From Armatimonadota bacterium (GTDB taxonomy: Bacteria; Armatimonadota; UBA5829; DSUL01): 64,000 nt of DNA. Where the stretch lies: assembly GCA_039811685.1 (NCBI GenBank), contig JBDHZC010000002.1, forward strand, positions 96,001-160,000, written 5' to 3'. The notes below the pieces were generated by a model, which had not been told where the DNA came from, searched no databases, and was given only the letters and a program-made list of their open reading frames with translations. Made by a program: the position numbers and the translations under genes. This document shows positions 59,099 through 64,000 of this stretch, in pieces (within the stretch, counting starts at the first letter, position 1; every line of letters starts with the position of its first letter).

Positions 59099-62000
59099 TC
59101 AGTCGACAAAGTGAAGATGCACTCTTACTCGCTGGCCAAACGGCCCGCGGTCGACGCAGAGCATCCGCAGTGCAAGCTCTGATTCGATAAGCCCTTCTAT
59201 ACTGAGCTCCTGTACCGCAGACTCCTTCAAAGCAGGCACGTCGGCGCTCAAAGGCTTGCTGCCACTGTTATGAGCGTTTGTGTATCCGACGACTACGCTG
59301 CCCGTCTCTTCCCCGGCCAGCCAGGTTGCCTCCCCAGAATTAGTCAACGTTACCCTGAACTTGACTGGTTGGCCCGTGCGTACGTCAACAACTCCGTGAA
59401 GACCGTCCTGCCAGGACCCGTCCGCGGCTTGGACCTGCACGTCACTGATCTCGGCATTCAGATACTTCGGCGGATTGTCCTTTGTCCACGGTGTCCCTCC
59501 TACGGCGATGGCAGGGCAACAGCGACTGTCCGTTCCAGTCCCCGCCGTTTTGCACACCAGCCGACGCCCTTTCTTGAGCCCCGCAAGATAGTTGTCCCGA
59601 GCCTCAGCCCAGACACCGGCATAACCACTCACAAATCTATCCCGGTCGATTACAATAGCCCCATCCGCCGCCGGGAGTGCCAGCGCTTTGTCCGCCTTGC
59701 CAGACCAGTGTTGAATCACCTGCCCCGCCGGGCGCGGTTGCCCGTCCTGGCGGACAATGCCGTAGTCACTGTTTTCATCTACGCGCAGGCCAGACGGGAA
59801 CCACCAGGCCGCCGATCCATTCGCGTGCGAGCGCGTGAAGAGGTCATAGCTGCGCTCAAAATGTAGCGCCTGCCGCGCCAGAGTGTCAGGGTCGTCCGTG
59901 TCCGGCCACACGCTCTGACCGTACTCAGCCCAGAAGACTGGCTTTCCTCCCGAGACAAAACGGGCGTACTCAGTCGTGAAGCCACCGGCGAGATAGTTGT
60001 CCAACTCGCCGACGATGCCGTATCCCTCCGGTGAAATGAAGTCTAGATGCGCAGCGCCACTTGCAAGGTCCAGTGGCATCGCTGCCGCGATCGCCATCTG
60101 CCCAGTACCTCCATACCCGGTTCGCGCACCCAGCATGTGGTTTGGATCGAGTGAGCGAATCAGTCGCGTGATTTGTCCGTATCCGCGGCTAACCATGTCA
60201 TCTACAAAGCGGCGGTACGCAGCTACCATCTTCTGCCAGGGCCCATCGGTGATAAGCTGGTCGTCTGTGGGAGAGGATAGGACGCCCGCGGCAGGGCTTC
60301 CACTGGAAAAGCCCCAGTCGTTTTGTGCTCGCGCAAGGCTCCCGTACTGCTCCTCAACCCACTCAGTCCACTGCGAATCAAAACGTCTGCGTTGGTCCTG
60401 TCGGCCGAGATTTGGCTCCCATGCGAGATCGTAAGCAAAAACCTGCGGATTATCTTTGAGCCCAGGGGTTGACACCATTTTCTTGACCAGGTCCAGATTT
60501 GGAGACAGAGGATTGGCGCCCTCAAAGAAGATATTTACGAAAATGTGATGCAGCCGGCAGCGTTCGAGGAAGTCGACGAGCTGTGGACCGTCGCCCGGAC
60601 GCAGATACTGGATGCTGACAACGTTGACGCGCAACGCTTGCAGAACACCCAGATCCCTTTCGATGATCGCGGGATCATAGCGCCCTGGACCCAGCCACGA
60701 ATGCTGAAACTCGCGGGGCTCGGTACCGGTGATGTAACGGGGAAAGTAGTTGACGCCATTTGCGAAGAATGGGCGTCCGCGATAAGTGAACTGTCCACCA
60801 TGCGCCTGAACGAAGTCTTTTGGATTATCGCCTGACACAGACAGTGCTTGGCTGATGATGTCGATCGGGCGACCGCCCGACAGGAGTACAGTCTTGAGCC
60901 GCGCAGGCCCTGACGTCAGGGTGTAAGGCACATCTGAGCTCTGCCATTTGCCTTCAGAGTGTCCGGCAATACTGAGGTCACCAGAAGCCAGTGGCCGCTC
61001 CGTCCCCTCCTGCAACAACATGGTCTGAATGCTGAGATGGGACGGGGAAGAGTTGAAGGCGCGCACGCACGCACCAGGCGACAGGCCACCGCTCGCACCG
61101 AGCGCGAACTCACCAACTCCCGCCGCACGCAGGAGCGGACCGGAAAACATGCGCGCTGTCAAATGAGCCGTCAGTTGAGCTATCTGCCTTCGCTGCTCCG
61201 GGGTCAGTGACTCAACATTCACGCCGATCCCCGCCCAGATACCTCCTTCGTACTCATCCGAAAAGTGAAGGTAGTACCACGCCGCTGTCCCGCGCCACTG
61301 GCCGTGGTCGTCATAGGCGTCTACAACAGGGATGAACCTGGCGTGCGGCAACCCACTCTCTTCATAGCCGACACCCCGGCTTCGCCAGATGGGCATCCAG
61401 CCATGGAGATCTCCCGTCAGGGTGAAGCTCTCCGGGATAACAGCCTGATCCGAGCGCGCGCTCATCCGGCGAACACCATCCATCTTGTACAATTTGTAAG
61501 ATGGGGACAGCGTCTGCAGTTTGGGCTGCTGGATGTTCTGCTCCGGCAGAGCGCTGGCTACGCCGATATTGCGCACCCACCAGAGATGCTCTCCGGGTGG
61601 CAATACCCCGAAGTTCTCCGCCAATCCGATGCACAGCGTCTTCGCATTGCGCAGATTCAGACGATCACCCGGGCCACCGCGACCGACGGAGTCGTTGTCA
61701 GACCAGTAATTGAAATCCGATGCGCTTAGCACATAGCGCTTCCATTTCTCAGTCACTCTCAGATCGGCTATCCAGCGCGATCCGTCTGTCTCCCGCCATT
61801 CCACATAGAGGCGCGGCGTGTGTTGGTCGCCGCGCGCTTCCAGCACTGTCAGGTCGAAGTGAGTAGGAACCTGTCCTTCGATGACCGGCGACTGATAGGT
61901 GTTCCACCCGTCAAGACGGGAGACGAAGCCAGCAAGCGCTCCGTCACGGATACTGAGGCGCTCATCAAACTCCGGGTGGTTTGTCGATCGCGCCCAATTG

Positions 62001-62434
62001 TGTTCGTCGCCAGCCTTGAACTCGAAAAGCAGCTTGGCGGGGGGCTTTTCTGCAGTCTTTTCGGCAGCCTCCGCAAGGCTTATCCACTGCCCTTCAGAGT
62101 GTACAAGTAGCGTGTCAAACGCAGGAGCGCCAACAGCCGTCAGGCAGCCACCCTCTTTGAGGTAGTGTGTAAGAGGGTCAAGCGCCGAAGCGGGGAAGCG
62201 GCGCGCGTCCGGCAGGACGAGAACGTCTGGATTTCCGGCTATCGCCTCAGTAAGCCCTTCTCTCTCCACTGAGCTGACCGCAATTCCAGCCTCCTCCAGA
62301 TGGGATCGAACACTGGCCGACCAGGCAGCGTCCGCGCTCTCCAGAAGGACTGCCCTGGCTCCACTCGCAGAGTTCACCGCCACAAGACACAGTAGACTAA
62401 TGATTAGGAAGCGAAACAAAAACAGGGTGTCCAA
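59099..62434 (-). CDS. Large secreted GH-A clan glycoside hydrolase with GATase-like and CBM11-like domains
   Basis: Signal peptide; GVNYFP, IERDL..L..LRVN, FAYDLAWEP, DPNH, DFISPEGY, KPVFWAEYG, DYGIV; GGGAGGG RBS before TTG 62434. Confidence 0.75.
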   Translation of the reverse strand: MDTLFLFRFLIISLLCLVAVNSASGARAVLLESADAAWSASVRSHLEEAGIAVSSVEREGLTEAIAGNPDVLVLPDARRFPASALDPLTHYLKEGGCLTAVGAPAFDTLLVHSEGQWISLAEAAEKTAEKPPAKLLFEFKAGDEHNWARSTNHPEFDERLSIRDGALAGFVSRLDGWNTYQSPVIEGQVPTHFDLTVLEARGDQHTPRLYVEWRETDGSRWIADLRVTEKWKRYVLSASDFNYWSDNDSVGRGGPGDRLNLRNAKTLCIGLAENFGVLPPGEHLWWVRNIGVASALPEQNIQQPKLQTLSPSYKLYKMDGVRRMSARSDQAVIPESFTLTGDLHGWMPIWRSRGVGYEESGLPHARFIPVVDAYDDHGQWRGTAAWYYLHFSDEYEGGIWAGIGVNVESLTPEQRRQIAQLTAHLTARMFSGPLLRAAGVGEFALGASGGLSPGACVRAFNSSPSHLSIQTMLLQEGTERPLASGDLSIAGHSEGKWQSSDVPYTLTSGPARLKTVLLSGGRPIDIISQALSVSGDNPKDFVQAHGGQFTYRGRPFFANGVNYFPRYITGTEPREFQHSWLGPGRYDPAIIERDLGVLQALRVNVVSIQYLRPGDGPQLVDFLERCRLHHIFVNIFFEGANPLSPNLDLVKKMVSTPGLKDNPQVFAYDLAWEPNLGRQDQRRRFDSQWTEWVEEQYGSLARAQNDWGFSSGSPAAGVLSSPTDDQLITDGPWQKMVAAYRRFVDDMVSRGYGQITRLIRSLDPNHMLGARTGYGGTGQMAIAAAMPLDLASGAAHLDFISPEGYGIVGELDNYLAGGFTTEYARFVSGGKPVFWAEYGQSVWPDTDDPDTLARQALHFERSYDLFTRSHANGSAAWWFPSGLRVDENSDYGIVRQDGQPRPAGQVIQHWSGKADKALALPAADGAIVIDRDRFVSGYAGVWAEARDNYLAGLKKGRRLVCKTAGTGTDSRCCPAIAVGGTPWTKDNPPKYLNAEISDVQVQAADGSWQDGLHGVVDVRTGQPVKFRVTLTNSGEATWLAGEETGSVVVGYTNAHNSGSKPLSADVPALKESAVQELSIEGLIESELALRMLCVDRGPFGQRVRVHLHFVD

Positions 62435-62502
62435 CTCTTTGCGCCCTCCCGTCAATCACAATGCGAATAACCAGGCGTCCGAATCGCGCTGACGGCTACC
62501 AC

Positions 62503-62536
62503 AAAAAGCAAAAGAGGGCCTGCAATCAAGCCCTCT
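62503..62536 (-). terminator. Intrinsic terminator of sigH
   Basis: Minus strand AGAGGGCTTG-attg-CAGGCCCTCT then TTTGCTTTTT. Confidence 0.7.
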
Positions 62537-62610
62537 CGCTTTCAATTCGCTGTCCGCCCGGCCGGCTCACCCCTCTGAAGCCGCCATACGGCCGGATCTG
62601 TCACCAGGAC

Positions 62611-63300
62611 CTAAGCAGCCTGCTCTTCGTTCATAAGCCAGCTAACAGGAGTCCCGGCCACCTTGCGCTTTATGCGAGCTAACGCATTGTCCACACTCTT
62701 GGTGTTACAGTGTAGATCCGTGGCAATCTCACGGTAGCTCTTGCCCATTTGATAACCCGCCAGCACTCGCCATTCAAAGTCGCTGAGCATCTGGCGAAGC
62801 ATTGCCGACATGCGTCGGCTGTCTTCCCGGCGAAGAAGCAGCTCTTCCGGGTCTACCATATCCGGGGAGCAAAGCACGTCCGCCAGGCTCCATTCGCTGT
62901 CGGAGTCGTCCGCCGGATACTCCAGAGAAACCGAGGTGTTCAGCGGAGACTGCTTCTGGCGAGTAGCGGTCTTGATTGCGGTAATCACGTGGCGCTCTAT
63001 ACAGATGCGGGCAAAGGAGAGGAAGCTGATCTCCTTCTCTGAGCGATAGTCGATAATGGCCTGCCACAGACCAATCATACCGATCTGAAGCAGATCATCC
63101 TTCTCCGCGCCCATGAGAAAATAGGAGCGAACTTTAGTCCTAACCAGCCCGCGATACTTGTAGAGCAGATACTCCGACGCCTTTTCTTCGCCAGCCTGGG
63201 CCCTGTCCACTATCTCGCGGTCTGATAACTGCATATAGCGCGATCTGGTACAGGGAGACAAATCCTGCACGCGTACGTCCGCCATAAGCGTCTGTGCCAT
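62611..63300 (-). CDS. sigH: RNA polymerase sigma factor, Bacillus SigH (Spo0H) type
   Basis: YFLMGAEKDDLLQIGMIGLWQAI.DY, FARICI.R..ITAIKTATRQKQSPLN...SL, SY.EIA..L....KSVDNAL.RIKRK. Confidence 0.88.
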   Translation of the reverse strand: MAQTLMADVRVQDLSPCTRSRYMQLSDREIVDRAQAGEEKASEYLLYKYRGLVRTKVRSYFLMGAEKDDLLQIGMIGLWQAIIDYRSEKEISFLSFARICIERHVITAIKTATRQKQSPLNTSVSLEYPADDSDSEWSLADVLCSPDMVDPEELLLRREDSRRMSAMLRQMLSDFEWRVLAGYQMGKSYREIATDLHCNTKSVDNALARIKRKVAGTPVSWLMNEEQAA

Positions 63301-63376
63301 GCTGCACGGTTCCTCGCAACAATCTGAGGTGGTGTGAAAGCCGCTGTCATTGTGAAAGCCGCCTCGACACTGCGGC

Positions 63377-63406
63377 ATTATACAGCAGCGTCCAGTCCGT
63401 TTGCAA
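63377..63406 (-). promoter_or_regulatory. Sigma70-type promoter of sigH
   Basis: Minus strand TTGCAA-N18-TATAAT. Confidence 0.6.
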
Positions 63407-63507
63407 TGCTTTGACGAAATAAATGACGACAGGGTAACGCAGCCTGACCAGACGCAACACGTTGGCGTCAAACGCCTGTTAGAAGTACTAGATTTGCCTC
63501 GCTTTGG

Positions 63508-63537
63508 TTGACCGGACTCTCAGAGCGTGGATATACT
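63508..63537 (+). promoter_or_regulatory. Divergent sigma70-type promoter
   Basis: TTGACC-N18-TATACT. Confidence 0.6.
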
Positions 63538-63754
63538 TAATAAAGAGCCCGTTCAAAGAGGCTCACGATCCCCATGCAACGCAGCGGCGGCAGCGCGCTC
63601 AAGCGCCCTGCGCCAGGAGAAAGGCTGCCACGGTGCAGCCGTTGCCTGTGAAAGCCGCGCGTCTTCAAACCGGACGGCGACCGTCAATTGGACGGCTGCG
63701 GTCCGCGTTGGTTGCCTGTGGTTCAGACTGACAGAGGGAGTTTCAAACGTCCGC

Positions 63755-63997
63755 GTGGAGGCAGACAAGAAAGTGAAGGTGGGGCGAGCCAGCAGAAGGA
63801 CTGGCCGTCGAAGCACCCGAGTCGTAAACCGCGCTGCCAGCAACGCGGATTCCCGCGGATGGGAAGGCATTCTGGCTCTGTTCTGCCTGACGCAGAAAGT
63901 TGACCGGGGCTATGTCCCCGGACCAGCCGATGTCATTCGTCCAGGAGACCGGCCTGCTCCTGTTGCCGATAGCCGCAAACCGGGCAGCGTCGCCTGA
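63755..63997 (+). CDS. Possible small basic protein (80 aa)
   Basis: GAGGGAG upstream (rather distant), GTG start, downstream of the 63508 promoter; no recognisable motif. Confidence 0.3.
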   Translation: MEADKKVKVGRASRRTGRRSTRVVNRAASNADSRGWEGILALFCLTQKVDRGYVPGPADVIRPGDRPAPVADSRKPGSVA

Positions 63998-64000
63998 ACC

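Larger units (their letters stand above)
63333..63658. repeat. Three exact copies of the 12-mer TGTGAAAGCCGC
   Basis: Copies at 63333-63344, 63351-63362 and 63647-63658. Confidence 0.85.

Noticed and set aside
63540..64000. RNase P RNA, tmRNA or group II intron
   Set aside because: None of the hallmark sequences (GAGGAAAGUCC, tRNA-like ends, GUGCG 5' end with domain V) was found.

Overview
Chromosomal 64-kb window from a GC-rich bacterium. Gene content suggests a diderm Terrabacteria lineage, probably Armatimonadota (inference from lnt + csaB/DUF5693 + a SigH-type sigma factor + the C-terminal module of the large secreted protein). It holds about 50 mostly housekeeping or carbohydrate-active CDS: dacB, xerC-hslV-hslU, a ~1400-aa secreted LamG multidomain protein, bfr, tkt-tal-zwf-opcA, a DegT/Gfo-Idh/ceramidase-like operon, GH38, nrdR, ftsEX-M23, lnt, GH94, darA-holB, tilS, pdxST, prmA-rsmE, tmk, csaB, cobB, a large GH-A enzyme and sigH. 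I saw no rRNA, tRNA, CRISPR array or transposase. The most striking signals are non-coding. (1) Two paralogous ~65-nt minus-strand transcription units at 39.56-39.88 kb each have a GGAACT(T/C)-N16-GTC ECF-sigma promoter, a shared 25-nt core containing an anti-Shine-Dalgarno mimic (CACCCUCCUUUCUCU) and their own intrinsic terminator. (2) The 12-mer TGTGAAAGCCGC occurs twice in the sigH 5'UTR and once in the divergent transcript, which is therefore antisense to it. (3) A 3 x 134-bp REP/REPIN-like array supplies the tmk stop codon and may mark an inversion breakpoint that split tmk from darA-holB. All family calls come from motif recognition only; no database searches were run.
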